A stretch of DNA of 64,000 nucleotides from Marsupella aquatica (taxonomy: Eukaryota; Plantae; Marchantiophyta): the NCBI GenBank assembly GCA_973895155.1, contig OZ316899.1, positions 7,381,241-7,445,240 on the forward strand. The letters are read 5' to 3'. Numbering within the stretch: position 1 is the stretch's first letter; each line of letters begins with the position of its first letter. Positions 49,936 through 62,263 of the stretch are shown here, one piece after another. The translations under genes were made by a program, and so were the position numbers. The notes under the pieces were generated by a model. The model saw only the letters and a program-made list of their open reading frames with translations, was not told the DNA's origin and did no database searches.

Positions 49936-51127
49936 TTTCATGTTTGGGTCGATCGCTATGTATGGAACCCTAGATGATTAAAAGTGAACATTACTTTGGA
50001 TTTCAAACATTTTTACCCAGTGACTAGCCGGGTTATTCATGGAATATTCTCTTTGCACATGTTGTTTTGGGACATATTGTTGACGTTTTGGTTGAAGGAA
50101 TTTTCCTGTTTCCTGTTTGGATTTTCCTGTTTCCTGGCATGGTGGTGATACCTGCCAGAAGAATCATGATGAAAACCTTATATTAAATAAAAATGAAATG
50201 CCGTCTTCTTCCTAGTTCATTTCAAAGGGGTGTGGTTCAGGGAATCCTTAGTTTCCAAGATGATCGGTCAAAACTCAAAATTGGAAGAGACTGATATGTG
50301 ACATTCGACTAAACTAGGCAGCCCTAGTTTAGTCTTTGTTTGCAGTCTTCTTCTGCTGTCTCAATTGTAGTCAGTCTAGATCACTTAGGTCTGCTTTCCT
50401 CGGAATCAACCCTCCCACGCGGCATCAAATGAATGGTCGTTTGTAGCACAGCAAGCAGGTTCTACAGTACTACTTTTAGTTCTTTTGCATACACTTCACA
50501 ATTTTGTAATCTCTCTTCTATCTGTCTAATCCAAAGTAGGCCTTCTTCTCTTTAATAGTCAATTATAAAAATTGCTCTGATTATTCTGATGGCTAAGATG
50601 AGCACCTCAATTATTGAGTGCTTCATCCGCTATTGAACTATTGAATGGGGAGATAGGGGGGAAATAAAGACCAGCTGTTTTGGGTGTCTATATATATTGC
50701 AAGAAGCATTCTGGTCAGGTAAGTTAATACGCGTTACTTGCTTTTTCTGCAGAGGCGGACATCAGAAGGTGGAAAGCATGGGTATGTGATGTGATTTATT
50801 AGTGCAACCAAAGGATTGGTCTATAATTAGTCACATCACAGACTCAGGTGCATCATCAGGTGACTTAAGTTGACTCCCTAAGTAATTCATTGAAACATTT
50901 CCAATTTTGTGTTCAGTTCAACAACAGCAGTTTCTCAGTTCAACAAAAGTAGTTACTCAAGAGTGGAAGGTCAGAAATTTTTTGAAAAAGGAAGTCTTGG
51001 TGAAAGAGAGCCATGAATATTTTATGAGCTTCAAATGAATGTAATCAACAATAAGTAACGATGTGCAGAGTAGTGGTTTTAATACATTGTATTGATTTTG
51101 TACTGTGTAGGGACAACAGGATTTTTT

Positions 51128-52510
51128 ATGGCTTCAAACTTTAAGTGTAATTTTTGTGGAGCTTTGGGATTTCTGGATTATACAGCTTTGCGGACCCACC
51201 AAGGACAAAATGGACTTTGCGTAGCAAAACAGAGAGCTGTGCAAAGGGCTAAACAGACTGATCATGTGATGGAGGCAGAGCACAAAGGGTTTGGTACGAG
51301 TGTAAACGTTGGGAACACATGTATACCGGAATCTATACATGCCAATGTTGAGACAGTTGGAGAACAGTCCTCTCAGGAATTCATGGACCTGTTTGAGAAT
51401 GAATTCACATCTCCTGCCCAAAGTAATAAAAAATTGATGTTACTTTTCAACTTGTCTTCTTTATGAGACAATGCCACAACAGAGGAGGATTATCTCACAA
51501 AGATATGAACAGATTATTTTGGCTGCTGTACCACCCTCAATTCGATACCAACAAAATTCAGGTTCATACTGCTGCTGAGGTTTGTAAATATGAGGAAAGT
51601 TTAACAAGTGAGAGGGGTGACCAAATTGGGAAAAGGTTGAAGTCCGCAAGGAGACTGAAAGTGCTCCAGTTCATTTGTTGCATCGTGATCCATTACGTGT
51701 TTTGGAAGATCTATTTTCTTCTCCTACAAATAAAGAAGAGTTTGCACTTCACTCTTCAGTTGCTATAGAGGGCAGTGAGAGATTGTACACTACTTTGCAA
51801 TCCGCTGAGTGGTGGAGGGAAATGGAGCAAGACATTGAATCTACTTGCAAAGGAGGAGTGATTGCACCCATCATTTTGTATTCTGATCAGACTGCCTTGT
51901 CTCACAACAAGAGAACTCAGGGTTGGCCTTTAGTCATGACAATTGGCAATATTAATTGCAGTCTTAGAAGTTTTCCAGAAGGTCACGCTTTGCTGGCTAT
52001 TCGTCCTGTTATTGGTTCGAATGATCCAAGTGAGATTTAAACTGCAATTATTCCCCTCCACTTGAATTTGATTGCTCATTGTCTGTGTAGATATTCCCAG
52101 GATGTTAAAAAGTCCAACACTTACAACTTTTATATTCATTTTGAAATACTTACACTAATTTCTTATGCTGTAGGTATATTGGAGACAGAGGGTCCTAGTA
52201 TAGCCAAATTGGAACTGTTCACAAATGTGAGGAGATTGTTTTGGCACCATTGAAGGCGGCAAGTCATACAGGAGTTCACATGAAAGACCCATTTGGTCAA
52301 TCCCAGTGGGTCTTTCCAAGACTATGTCTATATATCTGTGACTAGACAGAGGGGAGTAGAATCACATGCACATTTGATACAAACAAGTCAAATTATCCAT
52401 GCAGTTGTTGTTTCTGTCCAAAAGAATCCCTCAGCAATGTTGCAAGAACATTTTCTTGCAGGGATGAGAAGGGAATGGAAGCAATCTTAGAAGAGATGTG
52501 GCAGTCTTCT
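51128..52510 (+). pseudogene. Plavaka-type transposase remnant with N-terminal C2H2-like finger
   Basis: Motifs RDPL..LEDLF, ERLYT....AEWW, PIILYSDQT, GWPLVMTIGNI, LAPLKAA...GV.M.DP.G, LYICD*TE and YPCSCCFCPK. Probable intron near 52030-52173. Confidence 0.75.
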
Positions 52511-52599
52511 GAATAAGAAGGGAGTAGCTTTGGGTCGGGGCTCTTTAGGCATACACAAGCCTCAGGTGATCAGGCAAATTGAGGTGAGAAGCTTGGACA

Positions 52600-53659
52600 G
52601 AGGAGGGGGAGTACTTACAAACTCTGCCTTGAGACGCTGTGACCCACCCTGCCCCATCCGGCGAGTGATTACTGGCCTATTGTCAACTCAAAGCAATGCT
52701 TTCAGGATTTGTGAGGGAGGGTCTCCAAGTTGAACTGATCTTGCTTCCCAATGCTGCAGGTTGCTCTGAGCATGGCGGGTGTCAACAGTCTCCCCTGCTT
52801 GGGCCTTGGTGGCAAGCTCTTCTAATTCAGCCTGCCAGTACCGTCTTGCCTGCCAAGCTCAAACTTGTAGCTCGGTCTCGATCCAAGTTGCCCATACATC
52901 TGGTGGTAGATCAACTGGGCACCCCCTCTGCCTGATCACCTCCTCATTTTCCTTGCATTCACCAAGGTATTTCCTGAGCTTCTCCCTGACATGGTTCCTT
53001 CTGTCTGCAAGTGAGAGGCTGATTTTTTGATTCAAGAACCTGTCATCAAGGAATGATCCATTGGAAAACCTCTCCTTCACCTGCTCACGAACTCTGAATT
53101 TCTCCTGTTCATTTTGCTTCCCCCAGTAGTCTAACACCGCAAAATGGGATCTAAGTACCTGCCCAAGCTGACTCCTAAAGAAATTATAGCTCTTGGCCCT
53201 TGGAGCTCCTCCACTATTCAAAAACAACTTTGGCCGCTTGCTTTGCTCCTCTACTTGCTGTTTCTCCTCCTCTGCTCTCTTCCTCTCTGCAGCCCGTGCT
53301 TCTTTACGCAGGGCTTTCTCTCTCTGTCTTGGTGAGAGGGCCTCCGCGGGGATGGTCCGCTTCTCATCCCTTTGCTTCCTCTTCTTTTCTTTCTCCCTCT
53401 GCTGCCTTTCCTCGAATGCTTTCTCAGCTTCTGAAATAATTGTGCCCTTTGAAGAGTCAATCAATCCCTGTGTCAATGCAGCAACTTGTTGTGCAACTTC
53501 TATTGAGAGCCCTATTTGCGTTTGAAAAATGGCTGTCATAATGTCCCCAGAGTTTTGAGATGGCCCGGCTCCATCTCCTGCAGATCCTCCGGCTCCCCCG
53601 GCTGCTCCGGCTCCCCCGGCTCCACCTCCTGCCCCTCCATTGTTCCCCTCCATAGCCAT
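52600..53659 (-). pseudogene. CACTA TnpA/Ptta-like accessory protein, divergent from the transposase
   Basis: W..Q....K..V...V..RF...L..RR...R...CP.D....VW pattern, then RRMGQGG and a splice donor. Lies next to TCCGA/TCGGA repeats (53780-53940) of the kind also found at the CACTA end. Confidence 0.45.
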
Positions 53660-54637
53660 AAGCTCCTCCTGGCCTTCAATTCCAGTTTGCGACCATGCAC
53701 CTCCCCGGCTTTTGCCAAAGAAAACATCTCCCGACGCTCTTTTGATGCAAAGCCCGACTAAGAAGGAGTGGCACTTTGGTCGGGAAATCTAAAACTTGTC
53801 CGACTATGGATCCGATTCTTACAGCATCGGAACAAGCGATGCTATAATTATCGGAAACATAGTGGATGTCCGATTCTTACAGCATCGGACCCCTCTTGTT
53901 AATTCCTTGTATTACTCATGTCCGAAGTCTTTTCCGATAGAATAACTATGGCAATTAATTTGGTTGTATGTTTGATGACCCTATGTTGGTTCTATGTGTT
54001 TAATCAGGGTTTTAGGGATAGGGTGGACCGTTGGAGCCGCGGTCCCTTCTCATTGTGTGGTTTGGAGGTGGTTGGTATGTATAGATGTTGCGAGTTATAT
54101 TTGAGAGTTGTGTGGTATTTACATTGTGACATTTTGGGGGCAAAATATGGATTCACCTAGCTAGCTAACCTTATGCATACAGTGACATGCCAAATTTTGC
54201 AGTTCCTTTTTGCAGAGGGTTAAGTCACTCAGTTTTTGCGGAGGGTTAGGTTGTTGAGATTTTTTGGGGGTCCATTTTTGTAATGCATCATGCACAGCGA
54301 GAGCCCGCACGTCTGAAAGGTATGGTTGGACCACTCTAAAAGGTTCTGGAGGTGAATGTTGGGAGGTGCCCGGCATAGGTCGGCCCCCTAGCCAACTATA
54401 ATTATGGTCATACAGAGGTTAATTATTGATCTTGTTCCACACTAATTAAGTTGAAGTGTTCTTGTGCAGTAATTTCAGACTTGTCTTAGCATATAGTCTA
54501 AGGCCAAGATCCTAGTTGGCACTGCAGAGCGCAGGTCTCATTAAGGTATTATTGATTTAAACATTTTTTTGTTTTGCCTTAAGACATATATATGTAAATC
54601 ACAATGGTGCGGATTCTAAAATATAGTGACATTGTGT

Positions 54638-55897
54638 ATGGATGATGGGCAGATGTCCAGTTCTGGGAGTTCTGAGTCGGACTCAGACTCAACCTCGTCA
54701 TCTTCTGAGGGGGACGTTCCTCCTCCCCCTCCTCGGACTCAATGTCCTCCTCCTATAGGACCTATTCCATGCTGGTGTGTTAGATGTAAAGGCATGGGGG
54801 TTCGTCAAGCCTGGGAAGCCATTGAGCACATTGAGAACTATGGCCGACATGAGGGTGATTTACCTGGATATTTTGCTCGCCAGGTATGCACCATTTATTG
54901 CGCTTGGAGACATTGATATGCACAAGTTGTAACATTGCACCCATACATTTATTAATTGTTGGTATTTTTTGTGATTGAATAGGTGCCTCGTAGGACCTCT
55001 CCTCCATTGGTCTCTAATGACTTGTGGGTAAACACACTTTTGGCTGGTGCAAGAGAGTTGTTAGCAGCATCATCAGATCCCCCTCAATGTAGCCTCCCTT
55101 GTGTTGATCCGGAGACTATACCAGTTCCATCTAGGGTTGGTCGCACCCGAGCACGTTCCCAAAGACAACGGCGTCGTTATGAACCCTTGGGTGTGCATGA
55201 GACCGAGGACCAAGTTCTGCACCATACTCATAGAGTACTGCCAGGAGAGGACTATGTGGAAGTGGAAGGGAGGTTGGGGCTTTCATATGTCACTGGGAAG
55301 GCATTGACAGTCTTGAAGGATTTCTCATCTGAGAGATTCAAAATACCCCCTAGCCTAACCACTGACACTCCTATCCACATATGGGGTCACCAATGGATAG
55401 TGAAGGCACCCTCCCTTGGTCCTAACATAGGATTTGGCGTATTTTCCTTGGAGGACATTTTGGTCCCTGCAAAGCCATGGCCCCGAGGTTATGATGGGGA
55501 GCACCTATTTCCATATATTGGTCCCGTATACACTTCAAAAAGTTGGAACATTCTATTGCGCCAACACCCATCTTGGGGTGTCTATGCATTGCAAATGGAT
55601 TCTGATCCAGATGAGGTCATACGGAGGCCTTGGCATTCTCGGATGATTGATGGGGACCCTGTTCGCTCCGACAACATAGCCGGGTACATCAATAGTACTC
55701 GTGGGAGAGGGAGAGGACTTAGGCCTAATGTTGAGTGGATACAAATATTTGGTTCACCTAGAGAGCCTTATTATGTAAAACACATGGATGATCATGTCAT
55801 GACTGTAGCCATTACAACCATTAGGGCTGGGGAGGAGTTGTTTTGCGACTATGAGTGGGATGCTCCCAAGAAAGCATTCCTTTCTCGCCCTGTGTAG
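54638..55897 (+). CDS. Transposase-associated Zn domain exon (to 54883) spliced to a SET-domain exon (54983-55897)
   Basis: Exon 1 has CWCVRCKG...EHIENYG. SET motifs are GFGVFSLEDI, PYIG, YALQM, IDG...NIAGYINS, PNV and IRAGEELFCDY. Phase-0 GT-AG intron. The SET exon is intact. Confidence 0.8.
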
Positions 55898-55980
55898 GGC
55901 AGACATGTATATACCACCTCTTTTGTTGAATATAAAATACATGACAATGGTTTCCAAACAAATTTGGTTCTTTGTATAAA

Positions 55981-56004
55981 TAAATCCTAAACCCTAAACC
56001 CTAA
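55981..56004 (-). repeat. Short telomeric/telobox repeat (CCCTAAA)n
   Basis: TAAATCCTAAACCCTAAACCCTAAA. Confidence 0.8.
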
Positions 56005-56061
56005 AACACTTGTCTCATTGTGGGTCTCTTCTAATATTTATGTATGTTTGTGAACTGCTAG

Positions 56062-59000
56062 AATGCGTACGTTCAACCAGATGTGGGGGTATTATCACGA
56101 GAAATGCGGCAACACCTTGTCGAGGTCATGGAAGATTGGCGTAGGGCTCAAGCTTCAGCAAATGAAGATATCCCTCCTGAGCAAGTATCTAATGCCACCA
56201 ATGACAGACTTGAGGATGAGAGGGCCATGGATGATCTCATGCACCAGTTCTATGACATAGAGGATGGTGACCATGGTATGGGTGATGCATTTGACACCAC
56301 AGCACATGCTCATCATGACATTCCTTCACGTCAAGGTTCCCACTCTAGACAATGGGAGGAAGCTCGTGACCATGCACAAACAAGGATTTTTGAGGGGTCA
56401 CAGCTGTCTCGACTATCAGGAATAATGTTATTGTTGAACTTGCAACAAAGACATGGTGCAAGCAATCTCCTTCTTGATGATCTTTTCAGGACTTTGCATA
56501 GTCGGATTTTTCCAGAAGGGAACTGCTTGCCTAGTTCCTGGAAAGCAGCAAAAAAGGTGTTGAAATCCATAGGTCTCAAATACGAAGTCATACATGCTTG
56601 TGTGAATGATTGTGTTCTCTTTAGGGGGGAACACAAAGATGCCACTACATGTCCTACATGTGACCAACCGAGGTATCGAGAGGACATGCTCACTGGAAAA
56701 GTAGCACAGAAGGTCATGAGGTGTTTTCCTCTTATCCCTAGATTACGGCACCAGTACCGATGTGCGGAGTTGGCTGAGTATATGGTGTGGCATTCCAAGA
56801 ACCGGTCAGATATGACTTCAAATCCGCCCACCATGCGTATGATGGTGGACTCACCTGCCAATAGGTTTGTGGAGGACCCATGGGGTGAGTTCAAGACAGA
56901 TCCACGTCATGTACGTCTAGGTTTGGCATCAGATGGGATCAGCCCCTTTGCATTGGCAGGGAAGGCCCAACCATACTCAGTTTGGCCAGTAGTCCTTACA
57001 AATTATAACATCCCTCCATGGATGGCCATGAAGAAGGGTCATTTGCTGCTCCCAATGATTATCCCAGGCCCCAAACAAGTAAAAAAGATTGATGTTTACT
57101 TGCAACCATTGTTGGAGGAGCTTCAACAACTATGGAGAGGAGTGGATTGCTATGATGGTCGAGTGCTTACGGGTGGTTTACCTCGTGAATTTAAATTGAA
57201 AGCCATCTGTATGTGGACCATACACAATCTTTCGGGTATGTGGAAATATACCTCACCCCATATAAATTATGCATGGTTTGTCATTTCTGGATAATATACC
57301 TCACCCCATATTAATTATGCCTTGGTTTAATATCATATATTGGACCCCTGGCCATTGTTTAATGTATGTAGTGGGTGTGAACATTGTAGGGTTTGGATAT
57401 ATCTTTGGGTTGCAGGTCTTGGGATACCGAGCTTGCCCAACTTGTGGGCCCGATTAGGAGGGAGTGGCGCGCCCAAAGTCTACCACCCTACGGAAGATAG
57501 TTTACATTGGTCACACAAAGTATCTCCCCCCAGAGCATGAATGGAGGCGTGACCCATTCTTATACGACACAGATGATGGCCAACCAGACACACGCCCTCA
57601 ACCAGTGCCAAGGGATCCACATTATTGGAAAGATGTATGGGATAGAGAGACAGACCCGGATGATCCATTACAGTTGGCTCGGTGTGGCATGACTCGATTG
57701 TCTGCATTAATGTCAAAGCTGCCATATTGGGCTGAGATGCCAATTAACCATTTGTTTGACCCTATGCACATTGAGGGGAATGTTGGGAGGTCATTGATTC
57801 GCCATCTATATGGAGAGAAAGACAACAACTGGAGAGAGAGTTGTGAGGAGATGGAGATGCATGCCCCTCATGGGTTTTGGCCATCTATGGATCCTCCTAA
57901 TGCCCCCTTACTATTCACCCTCCTTGGGTATTGACCAGAGGTGAGCGGAATGAGGTTTCCCACAGGTTATGGTGCCAATCTTCGTAAGGCATTTGGGGGT
58001 GATGGTTCTCCAAAATGGCCATCTTACCTGAAAACACATGATTTTCATCGGTTACTCGAACATGTCATTCCAGTTGCAATTATTGGATTGGGTAGTGAGG
58101 ATCTTCAAGATGCCCAATGGTCATTAGGTAAGCTCCTGAGGTGGGTGTGTCAGAAAGAGGTGAATGAGGATGAGATTGCAGCGATGGACCTTTTTGGAGT
58201 GGAGGTATTGTGCAAGTTGGAGAGGGCACTCCCTCCTTCATTCTTTGATGGTCAAGTTCACTTCCTCCTCCACCTAGTGCGTGAGGTTGCGATTGCAGGG
58301 CCAGTACATTGTCGTTGGATGTACTGGGTAGAGCGATATATGGGAGTGATGAAGTCATATGTGTCAAATCGTGTGAGAGTGGAAGGTAGCATTGCTGAGC
58401 ATCATCTTGGAGCAGAGAGCATGTTTTATTGTACAAACATTGTAGCTACACTTGATCCCAGAGCTCCAAGGGGCTGGATAGACGAGGCATCAAGGGAAGC
58501 AGACTTTGAGGATGACCGTCTCACAGGGGCAAAGGGAGAACAACTTATGGGCTCAACTGAGCGTCTTCAACTTACTACATTTATGTTGTATAACTCGCCT
58601 GAGATTAATTGTGGGAGATTGGACAACTTTTTATGAGGAGGAAAAGGCAAATAGTCGTCGGCCACGCAACTTCCCCAAGTTTGTCCCATACATGAGGGCA
58701 AAGTTGACAGAGATTGATGCCTTGTTGGAGCAAGGGGAGAGTGTGTCAGACTTCCATTTGGTTACAGACAGTCTTTGCACCTTGGTTCATGGACCATTAC
58801 TTACGGTGACAACTCGGACAGCCATGTGGTCAAAGGGAAGACATTTTTGTGTGCAACGACTTGATGACAAGAGGGCAGCTACACAAGATTGTGGGGTCAT
58901 GGGTTGGTTCACCCAAGATTCACAAAGTAGCATATCTGATAGGAATCCAATACGCTCTATGGTGGCCCACTATGGAAAGATTGAAGAGATATTGAGTGTG

Positions 59001-59324
59001 AAGTACCATGCGCACACCACTTTGGAGGAGGTGGTGTTGAAGCGCAAATGGTTTTGGATGAACCTTGTTGGCCAAAACCGAACTTGCGAAGAAGATGCTT
59101 GTGGGTTCACACGGTTGAAGACAGGTGCAAATAGTGTCATTAGCTCAACTTGGAGAACCTCTGATCCATTTGCATTCCCCCATCATCTTGAGCAGGCCTT
59201 CTATCTTCCCTATCCCGATGATCCTGAGTTGTCCATTGTCATGAGTTATATTCCACGATCACGATCCATAGTCCAGGAGCGACCCAATGTAGTTGTAGTT
59301 GAAGATTTGGACCCTGAGCCTTGA
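56062..59324 (+). pseudogene. CACTA TnpD/Tnp2 transposase (Transposase_21, DUF4218, DUF4216 regions); intron about 57236-57414
   Basis: Motifs IHACVNDCVLFR, PLIPRL, RLGLASDG, SVWPVVLTNYNIPPW, DVYLQPLLEEL, DPMHIEGN, LKTHDFH, GPVHCRWMY..ER, YGKIEEI and DPFAFP...EQAFY. Confidence 0.93.
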
Positions 59325-59800
59325 GGTCCTTGCTAGTGTACCTTGGGACCAATCAAATAGGACCACCTCTGAATGTTTACTTTTACCGACATTATATATG
59401 ATTGGTTTATTTCATGTACCCTCTCCTATGAGAGTGACCACATTTCTTAATAAACTTATGAATGTTGGTCTTCCCACACTCTGTCCAATGTAGTGACCAA
59501 TGGAAAGTACTCGGAAACATAGTGCCTTACAATTGTGGCAATATCTGATTCAATCTGCATCGGACCCCTCATGAAAGTTATCGGAGACATTTCCGATCCT
59601 CTCCGCATCAGAACACTTCTGATGCCAAAAATAACGGAAATAGGGACCGATGGCTTTTGTATAGGACAAGTAATATGCGATGTAAACATAATGGCAAATT
59701 GCGTAAGGTAAAATATCGGAACTGTGCGACGGTATTAGTATCGGAAGAGTGACGAGGCGCGATATCGGAGCATTGGAAAAATGCTGAAAATGTACTAGTG

Positions 59801-60419
59801 TTAGGGCCTTCTTCTTTAGCAAGTTTTTAGTGCACCAGCAGGGCTGGGATCAGGTAGTAAAAGAAGCTCTCGGTTAGTTATACTGTGACCCTTGTGTATA
59901 TTCACGTTTCCTCATGCCTAAGAGATGAATAGAGTTGGCCTCACGGCTTAGTTCGCAGATCTTGTGTATGAGAAGTATTGTTTGTATGGCAAGTGCATGG
60001 TATAACTCAGTTAGAAGGAGTCATTTTGCTATTTGTGTGTCGCATTAACTTGTTTGAAGATTGTCCACATCAACCAAGAGAAGGGAGTAAGCAAGGTAGT
60101 AAGAGTTGGATGTGTCGAGCTGAGAGAGGTCTTAGTGGCTTACCCAAGCCAGTTGGGGATCATTCCGGCGGCGGAATCCAAACATACCTAAAGGAAGACC
60201 AAGAGAGGAGACCAAGGGGAGACATAGAAGAGGCCGGCTACTATCTCATGACCCGATGAAGGATCTGTCCAGTATATGTGTGTCAAATGTTAGTAGAAGG
60301 AGGTTAGCAGCGTCCCATGCCGCTAAGCCGCAAAACCGGCCTCGCCAAGGGCAAAACCTACGGGAATTGGCTTGTGCAAGGGGGTTTTTTGGGTTTAGGG
60401 AGCCATGGGATGCACCACA
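59801..60419 (+). repeat. LTR (copy 2), same family as 1603-2231
   Basis: Collinear similarity over about 620 bp, ending CACCACA. No TSD was recognised. Confidence 0.8.
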
Positions 60420-60895
60420 GGATCATTATCCACATATTTGTCAGACTCTTCAGAAGCTCTTGCCAATGTCTCCTAAAGTAAAACTCTGACCTGCTTTTCA
60501 ACATCTATTGATGGCTGGCCTGAGTGGAATGCCTCTCGAAACATTCCTGCCCTCAGTGCCTCTGGACCAGAGTTACGGATGTAATTGGATCTCCACTTCT
60601 CATCAGAAGAGTCTTCACCCTCTCCTACCCACACTCAACAGGCAGGGTAGCGGCCATATTTAAGAAGATATTGTCGACTGGTCTTTCGAGTAGTCTTAAC
60701 AATCCCTTTGCATTCCATGCAAGAGCAATACATTCTATGATCAGCACTACCAGAGCAAGCTGTCTGTTCCCGAGCCCATAAGTTATCATCACGACGCTCT
60801 ATTTGACGTGGATGGGAAAGAGGTAAACTTCTCAGGTTGTCTGCCTCTGTTGTATATGCAGTGTTATGTGACCCAGCCTGGCTAGAAGAAGCCAT
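60420..60895 (-). pseudogene. 5' exon of a second CACTA transposase (transposase-associated domain), cut by the LTR
   Basis: MYCSCMECKG...RQYLLKYGR parallels CWCVRCKG...HIENYGR at about 54770. Confidence 0.6.
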
Positions 60896-61564
60896 GATTG
60901 CAACACTACCTACTCAAAAACACAGTTGCACATCTTTCTTCTGTGACATCTTGTAGAGCATATGAATTGTTCTAGACAACTCCAAAACCCTTCCATACCA
61001 TCTTCTAGAGCGTCATGTGAAGCAAATGTGTGCACAAGTGAAGAATTAGACATACATTTGAGGTTCTAGACTCCAACTGAGGTAAAGGCAGCTCCCACTT
61101 TAGCCCCCATTGCCAATAGAATAGTTCATGCATGCCAACAACAGGTAAACAGATGACATATTAGCAACTTGATCAGAAATTATTTACTTGGGTACGTTAC
61201 CTAATCCAACCCAAACGCTTCAATGAATTTCATGCAACAATTTAGCATTCAACTATTTCATACAATCACACAGTTTAGTCCATTTGAGTTTAGTCCATTA
61301 GACAATGTAGTCCACTTCATACAATCAGACAATTTTGTCCTTTTCATACAATCATCCTACTTTAGTCCAATTCAACTTAGTCCATTGAATCCAACTTGAC
61401 ACAATACTCCATTTTCATCCAACCAAAAACTCAGGTGCTCCACTGTACCCCTTTAGTCAATTTTTTTATGTCCAGTATACTTCCATAAGTCCTTAGCCCA
61501 TTTTAATTTCAGTATACTTTGTACTATGCAGTGTTTTCTACACAACTGAAGGCTTAATTATGAT

Positions 61565-62263
61565 CTATTTGAAATCATGTGGTGGCACCTCAGAACCCTC
61601 TGGAATGACATGGCGATTGCAGTACACCATACGCCATGGACCAGTATCCCACGTTTCTCTACCCTTCACCCCTCTCTTGAGGTGTTTGTCTGCCTCTGGT
61701 CCCTCATCCTTGCACCACGCACAAGGGCACCTATGACACTGGATAAATTCCCAGATGCCATCCCGATACTCCTTGCAAACATCACAATAATGCCTTGGGC
61801 ATATCAGAGTAGCGGGATGTGCATCTAAGTTCTCTGCATACCCCAAGAGAGGCAACTCCCTTGCCCTCAGTATGGTTCACAGACAACCCACGTGATAGAA
61901 AGAAAAGCAATCATCTTGTGCACATTGAACCACAAGGGGCTCATCTGTAGTGGGCTTTAGGGTTTGGCCAAGTAGTCCACAAGCAAAGCAACGACCTCGG
62001 TTCTGCTAACAGAGTTCACAGAGCCACTCCTTGGCCCAATCATGCCCTCTAGAAATGGCAAAGCGTGTGCACTCGGACCCATGGCCATCAGGCTCCTCGG
62101 GATCCTGCCCATCAACTAAGTAATGGAAATGACAACTGCAAGGCCCATCGCAGAACAAAAAAGTACCTCCCTCATCACATTCAAAACAACAAGGGGGATC
62201 CATGCAAAGGTGCTCTTTATGGGCAAACTTGGGATCCAACCAGGCAGCAGCAGCCCGTGCCAT
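61565..62263 (-). pseudogene. EDM2/NSD-like tandem PHD-finger cassette
   Basis: CFECDEGG..LFCDGPCSCHFH...C...WLCELC*QNRGRCFACG.LG...VQCAQDDC..FYHVGCL...CPRHYCDVC...CHRCPCAW...RMVYCNRH. One stop and one frameshift. Confidence 0.8.

Larger units (their letters stand above)
17680..50153. mobile_element. Mutator-like element, copy B (older; interrupted by gypsy 20174-43772; left end lost)
   Basis: Same three genes as copy A in the same divergent layout once the gypsy is removed (TSD CGCAC). Right terminus reads CTGTTTCCTGGCATGGTGGTGATACCT. Confidence 0.85.
52520..59800 (+). mobile_element. CACTA (En/Spm) element, left end not found
   Basis: TnpD domains, right end TGTACTAGTG (reverse complement CACTAGTACA), and subterminal TCGGA/TCCGA repeats at about 59510-59770. 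Confidence 0.8.

Noticed and set aside
52150-52160. TTA-CACTA as the left end of the CACTA
   Set aside because: The following bases do not match the right TIR (CACTAGTACA), and it lies within the Plavaka intron.
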